A model generated the notes under the pieces. That model was not told the origin of the DNA. It worked only from the letters and a program-made list of their open reading frames with translations, and ran no database searches. DNA of 64,000 bases from Octopus sinensis. Its lineage: Eukaryota. The position numbers were made by a program, and so were the translations under genes. How positions within the stretch are numbered: the first letter of the stretch is position 1; every line of letters starts with the position of its first letter. Shown here in pieces: positions 52,438 to 64,000 of the stretch. Where the stretch lies: the NCBI RefSeq assembly GCF_006345805.1, contig NC_043019.1, forward strand, positions 15,933,360 to 15,997,359. The letters are read 5' to 3'.

Positions 52438-53005
52438 AAGTAGTACAACTAACTCTTAGTTGTTGACAGGAAGTTAGACTTTTTCCCCCTCCAGCACAGA
52501 AAAAAAGGTCACCTGATTTGACAGCCAGAAAGTCAACAACAACAACAACAGCAGCAGCAGCAGCAGTAGCAATAACAACAACAACACGAGGTATCATGTG
52601 ATAGAGCTAAAGACTGCTGGAAGGGACATACTAATAACAACAAATAATAATAATCAAAACTTAGCTATGATTCATCTATAAGACGTCTCAGTTTTGCAAA
52701 GTAGTCGTGGGGGAAGCCGTTACATCTCATTTGAATCTGTCACGGACGTTCGTTTCCTGATCGAGCTAATTACGTGCTATTGGTTTCTTTGTCTTTTTTT
52801 TCTATAATTTTTATCTCAGGCATCTAATTCGCAGTGCCGTTAAAGCATCGGATTGGAATGTCTTGTAGTTTTGCTCCAGCTCTGCGCTCTGTGTTCAAAT
52901 CCCACCAAAATCAACTTCGACCTTCATTTCTTCAGGGTCAATACCTATCAAAGTTCTGGGATGCATTTCTCTCTCATCCCTTTCTCTCCCTCTCTTGGAA
53001 TCGAC

Positions 53006-53164
53006 CTGTAGCATAGCTAGTATGTGTGTCGCCTGGGGAAGCTCTTGAGTTTGCTGCTCCACCGGGTTCCCAAGCTTATACAGGTTAATACAACAGACCC
53101 GCCCCACAAAAAAAAGTGTTGCTTAGGGAGGATCGCTCCCTCGTCCCCACTAGCTACACTACTG
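53006..53164. mobile_element. Small MITE (probably hAT type)
   Basis: Ends CTGTAGCATAGCTAG / CTAGCTACACTACTG; weak 8-bp flank similarity GAATCGAC / GAGTCAAG. Confidence 0.45.
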
Positions 53165-53394
53165 GAGTCAAGTACAGGAAAGGACCTAAGAAGAAGCGTT
53201 TGCATCACAACCCCACCAATTTATGAAGACTACATTAAAGAGAAAGAAATGTTTAATTCCGTGTTCATGGCTTTTAATTCCAGTTGCTATCCTGGAGATG
53301 GATGGATTCCACGAATCTGACTTTTCCTTAACCATAAAGGTGAATACTCTTCAGTGGTAAGGGTTAAAGGATAATTCTTCGAAAAAAATGTAAT

Positions 53395-53760
53395 ATTTTC
53401 TTTTAATCTTTTAATTGCTTCAATCATTGGTGTCTGATTGGGGCTCTGCCTTGAAGGGATTTTAGATTAGCGAATCGACTCCAGTACTTATTTCGAAGTC
53501 TAGTACTCATTCTATTGGTTTCTTTTACTAACCCTAGTTGTCAAACTGTGGGGGAGGGGAAAAAACACAAAGCCCCCCCACCCCCACATCCACTATACAC
53601 ATGATTAGCTTGTAAGTCTGTCATATTGACTTACAAGACATTAGTCGGCTCGGGGTTATAGTACAAGACACTTGACCCAGATGTCATGCAGTGGGATTGA
53701 ACCTGAAACCACGTGGCTGCAAAGCGACCACCTTAACCACACAGCCATGCTTGCCTGCTT
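53395..53760 (-). mobile_element. SINE (dominant family, diverged)
   Basis: ...CTAGTACTCATTCTATTGG...GCAGTGGGATTGAACCTGAAACCACGTGG...CTTAACCACACAGCCA. Confidence 0.8.
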
Positions 53761-54139
53761 GCCTACACCCAGTTCATATTCAAACAACAGTAGTGTAATA
53801 AGTCCATGGACTAGACCTTAAACTCATATATATCCTTGGTCCACCTAGCTGTTAATAGGTAATCCAAGGCGGGAACAAATCGTGTCTATGTCCTGAGACC
53901 ACTTAGCTCTTAACAGGTACCCCGGTATATGAACAAATTGTTTCCAAGATCAGGACATTTAATTCTCAATTCTCCCCAGTCTACCTGTCTGTAAATAGGT
54001 ACCACAATTCATGAGTAACTTATATCAGTGGCTGAGAGTTTATCTCACAAATTGTCCAGTCCACTTAATTGTAAATAGGATGCAAGCATTTACCAATGAC
54101 CAGCTAACGAGTTAACATGTACGCGATTGCCCTACTTAA

Positions 54140-54460
54140 TGAAGGCGCGTGGCTTTGTGGGTCAGGGTATTCGGCTAACGGTCATAAGATCGTGAGTTCA
54201 ATTCCTGGCGATGCGTTGTGTTCTTGAGCAAGACACTTTATTTCACATTGCTCCAGTCAAGACGAGTATTACCTGCATTTCAAAGTCCCAGTCTTGCCAC
54301 ATTCTATGTCACACTGAATTTCCCTGAGAACTACGTTAAAGGCACGTGTGTTGCGGAGTGCTCAGCCACTTGCATGTTAATTTCACGAGCTGGCAGTTCT
54401 GCTGATCGGTTCAACTGGAATTCTCTTCGTCGTCGTCGTCGTAATTGACGGAAAGCCATT
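54140..54460 (+). mobile_element. SINE (second family), full length
   Basis: Colinear with 30213-30522. Confidence 0.85.
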
Positions 54461-54752
54461 TGTAGATAGTCAAATTTCCCACAAATCCCACCCTGTCTTC
54501 ATCAAAAATTGAAGATCCCTAAACATATGTAACCATAGATAAACGAGATGATATGTCCCTTGATCAAAATTGGTACGATCACCACGACGACCACCATCAA
54601 GACCACTAGGGTCACAATCATCACGACCACCACCACGACCACCACATCAAGACCACCATGGTCACGATCACCACGGCCATAACCACGACCATCATGATCA
54701 TAACCTCCACCGTGGCCACCACCACTGCAGCACACCTCTCCCTCCCCAATAG

Positions 54753-55003
54753 AGTTCAACGACAATGTAATAAAATACAATATGGCCGACGATATTGGAC
54801 ATCTTGATAGAGGAATCATGAGTTTAATAGCCTTGTTACTGCTTCACCGTGTTTCTGTACAGAACACTTTGCTTCAGTCCACTTGGTTGTCATTAGATGT
54901 AGACACGAGATCATCTAGGGTCAATGATACCAGTGATGTACTGGCGTTATCTCCAAGGAGAACGAGATTTTCTTTTGTCTCCGCTGGAGACCGTAACGAA
55001 TGA
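54753..55003 (+). other. Candidate coding exon (82 open codons then TGA), unidentified
   Basis: Pyrimidine tract CCTCTCCCTCCCCAATAG| followed by FNDNVIKYNMADDIGHLDRG...SAGDRNE*; complex sequence between simple repeats. Confidence 0.25.
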
Positions 55004-55202
55004 GCTTGAGCACCGACTCCCCCTTTACACACACGCGCAATGACATACACATACCAGCCACACACATTCATACATACACATAAACACACAAGTAGGCACA
55101 CTTATGCATGTATAAGTGTGTATGTGTTCGCGTGTGTACTTGTGCGTGTATTAATAGATAGACCAATAACTAGATATTTAGTAACTTATATATATATATA
55201 TT

Positions 55203-55560
55203 CTTTTATTTTTTATTTGTTTCAGTCATTTGTCCGCGGCCATGCTAGAGCACCACCTTTAGTCGAACAAATCGACACCAGGACTTATTTTTTGTAAGCC
55301 TAGTACTTATTTTATCGGGGTCTTTTGCCGAACCGCTAAGTTACACGGACATAAACACACCAACATCGGTTGTCAAGCGATGGTGGGGTACAAACACAGT
55401 ACATAAACACACACACATGTACGACGAGCTTCTTTCAGTTTCCGTCTACCAAATCCACTCACAAGGCTTTGTTCGGCCCGAGGTTATAGTAGAAGACACT
55501 TGCCCAAGGTGTCATACAGTGGGGCTGAACCCGGAACCATGTGGTTGGTAAACAACCTGC
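55203..55560 (-). mobile_element. SINE (dominant family), near full length
   Basis: Reverse complement of the 38822-39333 family. Confidence 0.9.
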
Positions 55561-55581
55561 GCCTATATATTTATGTACACA

Positions 55582-55796
55582 CGAGCGGTGCTGAAAAGTT
55601 CCTGGCTTTAAGGGTGCGGCGAAAGGCCTGGCTGGAGGCCCAACCTTCCGAGTTCTTTTACAGGGCTTAGAAAAACTGAAGGACCCCTGCAATAAGTGTG
55701 TGAACCTGAGAGGCGAATATACTGTATAAAATCATAATTAACTGATCCTCCTCTACTTTCTTTTACCCAAAGCTAGGAACTTTTCAGCTCCCTTCG
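55582..55796 (+). mobile_element. Mariner-derived MITE
   Basis: TIRs CGAGCGGTGCTGAAAAGTTCCTGGCTTT / AAAGCTAGGAACTTTTCAGCTCCCTTCG-TA; interior encodes WLEAQPSEFF/QGLEKLKDPCNKCVNLRGEY, a mariner C-terminus. Confidence 0.85.
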
Positions 55797-55798
55797 TA

Positions 55799-55849
<51 letters not shown>

Positions 55850-56566
55850 TATATCGAGTATGTGATATACATATACTATATGATATGTAGTTTATCTATT
55901 ATACTTTTATATAGTATTGCTAGTATATAGTATGTGGCTTGAAGTAAATTTAGTTGTAGTTAACGCTAGTGTGAGATTTGACTGTTATTTCTAGCATACC
56001 TAACAACCATATACACGCTACCTTGCTGATTCATGATGAGTGAAGCTGTTATAACAAGTAGCCAGGAGCAGTGAGTTTTTGACAGACCTTTAAGGATGGC
56101 GGCATACTTTCCAGTTTCTCTAAAAATAAGACGTCACACTATAAATATGCTGTTTATCTATGAAAATGAAACATCGCATATTCATTAAGTAGAGACGTAG
56201 TATTTGAGACTGACGTAAGAGAGAGAGATGATGCGTAGTTAAGATAGATAAGAAACATTTGAACTTTAACCTGAAATGTATGAGGCTGGCTTTGTGTTTA
56301 AGAAGTTTGAGTCAATACTACGTAGCCTTGGGTTCGAACTTACAACGTGATACCATGGGCATGCCTTCTTCTATAGCCTCAGTTTACTCAAGAGTGAAGG
56401 ACTTGAATTTAGTGGACGGAAACTTGGTCGGAAGCACGTCATGTCTATTTATGTTCATCTATCTGTAGTTATCATAGTTTGTATTTTTTTAAGCCCGGTA
56501 CTTATTCTATCGGTCTCTTTTGCCGAAACCCTAAGTTACCAGGATGTAAACACTCCACCACACGTG

Positions 56567-56610
<44 letters not shown>

Positions 56611-56611
<1 letters not shown>

Positions 56612-57797
56612 CTAACTGGTGTAACCTGTAACTACCACAAAAGGTGTATTTTCCGTTGCGAAAATGTACAAAAACTGTCAGCTGGAGGAGGGAGAGATTG
56701 TCGGAGGTTGGCGAGAGAGACTGTCGGAGGTAGAAATACCCGCTTGTACTCTTATTCGTCGAGGCATTTTAAAAGTTAACTTTATCAAAGCTAATTTATT
56801 AAAGCTAATATAGTGTATATAAGCGCAAAAATGTATGTATGTATATAAATGTATTCTAGAATAAGTATAACTGATATGGGGTATCCCAACTTGATGTGGT
56901 GTGGAAGTTTGGTTTCATTTTTTAAGAATTTTAAGCATTCAAAGTATGAGTTCATTGTATAGGGACACACTTATTAAATACGTTCTGGAATCAAAAATTT
57001 GTCTACTGTCATCGAAAAAGTTTAACTGGAAAAATGCAGAATTATCGGAGTTATGAGCATTCAAAGTATAATCAAATTTAACTGAAAACCCTGCATGCAT
57101 TGCCAGCATTTAGTTATTTGGAGATGTTGAAAAAATGTCTATTAATGCAATGTCTAAATTAATTACTGCAATAAGTTTATAACTGTTTAGATATTGAAGT
57201 AGAATAGACGAAGAATAATTGTTTGATTTAGTAAATATCAAATATAACGAATCGCAGGCTTACTTGAGATCGCCGTTGTCGATTTAGAACAGCTTGTGAA
57301 ATAGAAGTACCCACTCGTACTATTATTCGTCGTTGTATTTTAAAGTTTAATTTTGTCAAGGTTAATAATATTAAAGCTAATACATAAATGTAAGCGCAAA
57401 ATAGTATGTATGTATGTATGTATAAATGCTTAGGATTCAAATCAAGAAAGTGCAATAATAAGGTTTAGCAGTCCAAAACTGAGTAGTAAAATGCAGAATT
57501 AGATCCGCTGATCGTGAGAATAAAATATTGATCGCTTCGCTAAAAACTGACAATTGTAAATGCAGGTGCTATGGGTTATTTCCCTTGGGTGTTTAAATAA
57601 AACATATTAATTATATGTAGTAGATATAAGGATCCCTTCTAGGGGCCCTATTATCAATTTTTTTCAACAATCTGTGTATGTGACGAGGTTTTCAGACTCA
57701 CGTGTCAAGTTTCATCAAAATCGAGAAAACGATGGAGTTAGCTAACAACTCCACACACACACCCACATACAGAATTTCCCACATCTGTAGTAGCATA
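56611..57797 (-). mobile_element. Old Helitron-like element
   Basis: ACTAACTG.. end, opposite end AAGTTTCATCAAAATCG...ACACACACCCACATACAGAATTTCC; internal direct repeat at about 56772-56850 and 57342-57428. Confidence 0.45.
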
Positions 57798-57809
57798 TAT
57801 ATATATATT

Positions 57810-58141
57810 CTTTTATTGTTTTGCTTGTTCCAGTCATTTGACTAAAGCCATGTTGGAGCACCACCTTAAAGAGAGTTAGTCGAAGAAATCGACTTTGTAA
57901 GTCCAGTACTTAATTATCCGTCTCCTTTACCGAACTGCTAGGTTATGAGAACATAAACACACCAGCATCGGTTGTCAAACGATGATGGCGGACAACCCAC
58001 ATGGTTCAGGATTCAGTCCCATTGCATGGCACCTTGTCGGCCCAAGGCTACAGTAGAAGACAGTTGCCCAAGGTATCACGCAGTGGGACTGAATCCAGAA
58101 CTATGTGGTTGGGAAGCAAGCTTCTTACCACACAACCACAA
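57810..58141 (-). mobile_element. SINE with internal inverted duplication of its head
   Basis: 57995-58037 is the reverse complement of about 58067-58110. Confidence 0.8.
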
Positions 58142-58224
58142 AGTTCACAGGAAAATCATGAAATGGTACATATTTGGATTCATGGAATGTTTTCTTTTTT
58201 TTTTATTGTTTAATTCGTGCATAT

Positions 58225-58311
58225 ATTTACCGGATGAAAACGGTTTTTTCACATGATGTAATAACTCTATTCATCAATAAAAAAAAAGCGCCTGAAACAG
58301 CTGTAGTGAGT
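58225..58311 (+). ncRNA. Degenerate type I hammerhead-like motif with long stem II
   Basis: ATTTAC-CGGATGA-AAACG...CGCCT-GAAA-CAGCTG-T-A-GTGAGT; palindromic stem III ACAGCTGT. Confidence 0.55.
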
Positions 58312-58367
58312 GAACAACTTTCTGTCAGTTGTTACACACACATATACATATATATTTACGTATATAT

Positions 58368-58439
<72 letters not shown>

Positions 58440-58502
58440 TATATACATGCAATATATGCATATATATATAGTATAAGTGTATTATGTAAGTATGTATAAA
58501 TT

Positions 58503-58542
<40 letters not shown>

Positions 58543-59017
58543 TATATAATATATATATATATAGAATAGGCTTGCGGTACAGTTGATGTCTACCAAATTC
58601 CAATAAGAAAATACTGCATAACCTAGGACTATGGCACAAGACGCTAGCCCAAAATGTCGCATTGGGGATCGGACCAAAAACTCTGCGGTTGTGAACCATC
58701 AAACTTTATAATCACTCAACCAACCTCATACATTTCAGATTTAAGTTCATATACTCCTTATCTATTTTAATTTCGCATCTTCTCTCTGTTATGTCAGTCT
58801 TATGTTCTACGTCTTTAGTAAATGCATATACGATGTTTCATCATTGTAGAAAAGAATAAGTTTATTCATAATTTGAAGTCTTTTTGTTAGGGAAACAAAA
58901 AAGTATGTCACCAGCCGTCAAAGACTGACAAACACTTACTGCTTCAGGCTACCTGTTATATCAACTTTGCAAATAATGAACCAGTAAGGTACCGTGTACG
59001 CGTTTGCTCGACATCGT

Positions 59018-59283
59018 TACTGGCTCTCCGTCGGTTACAACGACGTTTCCAGTTGATTAGATCAACCGAACAGCCTGGTCGTGAAATTAACGTGCAAGTG
59101 GCTGAATACTCCACAGAGAGGCGTACTCTTGACGTAGTTCTCAGGGGGATTCAGCGTGACACAAGTACCACTCATTTTTGGCAGTTGGGTGGAGTGGAGC
59201 AACATATCGCGCTGCCAGGAATCGAACTCACGACCTTACGATCGTGAGTCGAAAGCACTAACCATTAAGCCACGCACCTACAC
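59018..59283 (-). mobile_element. SINE (second family)
   Basis: Reverse complement of the 30213 family; B box on minus strand at GGAATCGAACTC. Confidence 0.8.
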
Positions 59284-59489
59284 TCTCGATATCCTAAAAT
59301 AATAACAGTACAGCAGTCATCCAACTATTGACTAAGAAGAACGAACCTTGTACATGATATAGTGGTAATCAGCATTCTTTTGGAACTCGTGGTTGCCTCA
59401 CTATTTTAACTTCAGCGTCTGAATGATCAGACGTACATTAGTGTCTGCGTAATTTTGAGTTATGCGTACATATATGTCATATACCATTA

Positions 59490-60011
59490 ATACATACATA
59501 CATACATACATAAATACATACGTACATACATACATACATATATACATACATACATACATACATACATACATACATACATACATACATACATACATACACA
59601 CATACACTCATATATACATTCACACATACACACATACATACATACATACATGCATACACACATACATACATACACACATACATACATAATACATACATAC
59701 ACACATACACACATACATACATACATACATACATACATACATACATACATACATACATACACACATACATACATACATACACACATACATACATTCACAC
59801 ATACACTCACACATACATACATACATACATACATACATACATACATACACACACACATACATACATACATACATACATACATACATACATACACACACAC
59901 ATACATACATACATACATACATACATACATACATACACACACATACATACATACATACATACATACATACATACATACATACATACATACATACATACAT
60001 ACATACATACA

Positions 60012-60041
<30 letters not shown>
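59490..60041. repeat. (TACA)n array
   Basis: Direct inspection. Confidence 0.95.
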
Positions 60042-60042
<1 letters not shown>

Positions 60043-60776
60043 TTGTATTAACGGATTTGCATTACTTAAAGTTTCACAGAAGTGGAAAAAAGAAACCTGA
60101 TTTTTTATGCTTATGAGATGATATTAACAACTAATGGCTTTAAATCTGGAGTTTCAGTGAAGTGTGAAAAACACTCCTGGTCAGACGGATACATGGTTCT
60201 TAGAAACAACACTTCCATGACTTCTAGATAAGGCTAGTTACAAATGGATACATTATAAGCTTTGATTTCATAGGGTAATTCAGATCACGTGATTAGATCC
60301 CTAGCCTCTAGCCGCAGACTGGTCCTTGTAGCTTGAAGATAGGTGTGTTAAGACATTATACACACCTGTATAATTTCAAACCATACCTGTACAATGTCTC
60401 AACACGCCTGTAAAATTTTGTATCACACAAATGTGCCACGATACTTATGTGTGACACAGAACCAACGAACTACTGCATCTGACTCTATACAGAAATTACA
60501 GTGGTTCTTCCCTGATCCAGAACGGAACATCTTGAATATATTTGAAATCTTCACTTATTCACCAGACGGATCAGTAACGTAATCCAGTTATCCATCTTGT
60601 TTTTATGCCGTTGCATTTTCCAAGTCACGTAATTATTTCTTGGTTAATCATTAAAAAAAGTTCACTCTGTATTGGGCATGTTAACACTAATCTATTTATC
60701 TATCGATCGATCTGTCTCTCCGTCTGTTATCTATCTGTCGTTCTGTCTGTTAATCTACCCCCTTTCTCTGTTTCCC

Positions 60777-60910
<134 letters not shown>

Positions 60911-60919
60911 ATATATATA

Positions 60920-61020
60920 TGGCCTGGTGCAGCCTTCTGGCTTTCCAGACCCCAATCGAACCGTCCAACCCATGCCAGCATGGAAAACGGACGTTAAACG
61001 ATGATAATGATGATGATGAT
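60920..61020 (+). mobile_element. RTE LINE 3' tail
   Basis: Matches 15521-15609 and ends in (GAT)n. Confidence 0.85.
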
Positions 61021-61024
61021 ATAT

Positions 61025-61060
<36 letters not shown>

Positions 61061-61362
61061 GTCGGTCTCTATCACTCTCTCTCTCTGCTTCTCTGTCCCC
61101 TATCCATCCATCCATCCATCTCACCTGTCTAGTTACTTCGTTATTAATACTTCCTCCTATACTAAACTCGTCAACACAAACTTGACTATTATTTGTTTGC
61201 TTTATATTTGTTACACATGCCGATGGCGCCTCTGAGTCACTAAAACATTATTTGTTTCAATAAAATCAAATAATACGAAACGAGAGCTTTATTGTAAGGA
61301 CCAAAGTTATTGACAGCAGTAAAAACACAAATGTTCTGTATTTGATTGTCTTGATTTCGCTC

Positions 61363-61418
<56 letters not shown>

Positions 61419-62611
61419 AATATAGAGCAAAATAAATTTTAAAATTAAAAATTTGGAAAAAAAGCAAAGAAAACAGTGATAATTAGTACGTTATTGTTCC
61501 ATCAAAATGATTTTGAAATGTCACCAAATTCTAGTTATTTGTTTTGTGACAGTGAATGGTATTGAGGTAAAACAATAGATTTATTATTGTTCTTTCGGAT
61601 TTGGCATATTTCAATACTGTACCACTACAAAAACAACAACAACAACAGCAACAACTGGAACAATAATACCAACAGTAACAATAATAACAGCAGAAGTAGA
61701 AGTGAAACGCATACATGCGTACAAACATACATACACATATATGTATAAATGCTTGCATACATTCACATATATGCGCACAGCGAAATTCTTTCTCTCTGTC
61801 ATACTTACTCTCCTATAGTAAATGAGCCAACACTATCCTATGAATAGGACAATATGTATATCATATATATCATATATATAATATGTGTATATGTATGCAT
61901 ATATGTATATATTTATATATATATATATATATATCATGCATACACACATACATATGCATGTGTATATATACATACACACACACACATATATGCATATATA
62001 TGCATATGTGTGTGTAGTCTGTATAAATTCTATACACACATACGTATAGGTACACACTCGCATACACATGTGTAAACAAATAATCACACACTCATATGTG
62101 CATTTATACATTACATACATACATACGTTTGTGTGTGTATGTGTGTGTGTGTGTGCGTGTGTGTGTGTGCGTGCGTGCGTGCGTGTGTGTGTATGTGTGT
62201 GTGTTTGTGTGTATGACAGCATTTTTGTCCACGGCGACAGCGACGACAACGACAACGATAACATCACCACCACCATCACCACTTCCACTACCAGTACCGC
62301 CGCCACCACCATCATCAACTGCCTACGTTTAATTGCTTCTAATTAAAGACTGTGATGAAGGAAGCCAACATCATTTCCATTAAATAGATTATTATTTCAA
62401 AGACCAACAAGTAGTTTGCAGAATTGGAAGTATGTGCGTGAAAGGAAGAGTGTGCTTGTGTGTGTGTGAGAGAGAGAGGAAGAGTGTATTTGTGTGTGTG
62501 TTTGTATATGTGTATGTGTTAATATGTGCGTATGTGCCTGTGTTGGTGTGTGTAATTCTGTGTTTGTTTGTAAATGTGTGTACATATTTGTGTTTGTGTG
62601 TGTGTGTGTGT

Positions 62612-62670
<59 letters not shown>

Positions 62671-62747
62671 TATTTGTGTTTATGTGTAGGTTTAACTGCG
62701 TACATACATATATTTTATGTGTAGGTTTAACTGCGTACATACATATA

Positions 62748-64000
62748 CAGTGATACCTCGCAGAACGAGTTTAATTCGTTCCATGACCGCGCTCGTTTTA
62801 CGATTTTCTCGTTTTACAAATCAATTTCCCCCATTGAAATTAGTTAAAATATAATTAATCCGTTCCACCCTCCCAAAACCACATAAGAATCATTTTTAGT
62901 GGGTTTTAGAACAGAAAAGGTGCAGGTACAATGAAAAACATAATAAAAGAGAATGCAAAAGAAATACGTAAACTGGTTTTATTAATTTAATTACCTTAAA
63001 GATGAGACGATTTGTGCATGGGGAAGACGATAAGGCGGGGAGGAGGATTACTGTTTGAAAGGAGAATTTCCTTCCATTAAGACTTCAGGAAGAACAATTT
63101 CTGACGATTTCTCTCACTTCGCTTAATTTAGGCTTCCTGGACACACTTTCTTCACCTTTCACTCTTGCGGGTCGTTTCATTAGAAACATATCAAGAGAAG
63201 TCTGCTTTTTCCTGCCTTTGAAAATGTTATGAAAATGCACAAGAGCAGTGTCATTAAATAAAGCAACTGCACGACCCGTAGATACTTTTTCAGAGTGATT
63301 TTTTCTAAAAATTCAGAAACATACTGCCACTTCGCTAATATGTCACTCGTAGAGGTAACCTTCTCCGTTACATTGTCCTCCCCCGGGGAACCAATCTCTT
63401 CCACCGCATCTGAATGCTGCTACTTCTGAAGCTGCAAGAGTTCATCTGCCGTCAGCTCCTGAGTGCCCCTCAACGAGATCGTTAATGTCCCCATTGTCAA
63501 CCTCTAGGCCCATGGACTTGCCAAGAAACACTATCTCCTCGACTACAAGTGTCTCAGACTGAAACCCCTCGAAGTCTCTTTCGGATACGCAGTCAGGCCA
63601 CAGTTTCCTCCATGCAAAATTCAGCTTTCTTTCGTTACACCCTGCCAGGCCATATAAATGAATTTCAGGCAGTTAACAATGTTGTAATGCTCCTTCCAAA
63701 ACTCCCGAAGGGTTAGATTTTTATTTTCAGTGAAATAGGTCTTTGGTGTACAGTTTTTAAAAATTAGAAGTCACCTCTTTGTCTATTGACTGCAAGATAG
63801 GGTTGGTGTTGCCTGAAAGGTGCAGAAATTTTATGAATTTAAATTCGTCCAGGATAATATCTTTGAGATTAGGAAGGTGCGCAGGAGCATTGTCAAGGAT
63901 GAGGAAGATCGTTCTCCAGAAAGTACTTTTCACTGCTGGTCCGAAGACAAGGTTGACACACTCAGTGAGGAATTGCCTGGTGACACAGGCTTTAACGTTT
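62748..64000 (-). mobile_element. Tigger/pogo DNA transposon (3' TIR plus decayed DDE transposase), runs off the window
   Basis: TA|CAGTGATACCTCG terminus; minus-strand FLILDNAPAHLPNL, SGNTNPILQSIDKEVTSNF, LREFWKEHYNIVNCL, AWRKLWPDCV. Confidence 0.9.

Noticed and set aside
52455-52530. Cluster of TF-like motifs (TGACAG twice, CAGGAAGT, AGGTCA, CACCTG)
   Set aside because: Short motifs expected by chance; no conservation or chromatin data to support an enhancer.
53835-54085. CRISPR-like repeat-spacer appearance
   Set aside because: Eukaryotic context, degenerate repeats, variable spacing, no cas genes, and the motif matches a SINE core.
54570-54752. His/Asp/Pro-rich ORF resembling a metal-binding peptide
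   Set aside because: A degenerate (CAC/GAC/CAT)n triplet repeat with a non-ATG start.
60355-60420. Apparent 21-nt minus-strand micro-exon (TTTTACAG|...|GTATGG)
   Set aside because: The splice-like signals come from a short tandem CA..CCTGTA.AA repeat with a period of about 21 bp.
61205-61300. Possible additional hammerhead (CCGATGG...GAAACGAGAG)
   Set aside because: Core and all three stems are too degenerate to support.

Overview
AT-rich, microsatellite-saturated animal genomic DNA. The SINE and LINE families point to an octopus or other coleoid cephalopod (inference from recalled repeat families). Almost all long ORFs in the supplied track are translations of (TA)n, (CA)n, (TACA)n or (GATA)n arrays and are not genes. 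The window is mostly intronic or intergenic and is built from decayed mobile elements: tRNA-derived SINEs, CR1-group, RTE, Tx1/L1 and R4/Dong LINE pieces, a Penelope-like element (PLE) with a GIY-YIG endonuclease, Helitrons, hAT and mariner MITEs, and a Tigger/pogo transposon. One convincing host exon is absent from the ORF track: a minus-strand signal-peptide exon at 21032-21098 (MASHAFPLAVLLLSLVLSSLAD, phase-1 GTAAGT donor), with a possible alternative promoter and first exon at about 11.55-11.76 kb. The most striking structure is a dispersed set of type I hammerhead-ribozyme-like motifs. Several sit in head-to-head fold-back palindromes beside (TA)n tracts, the largest with about 291-bp arms at 46176-46758. 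Coordinates of decayed repeats are approximate; all calls were made by eye without database searches.
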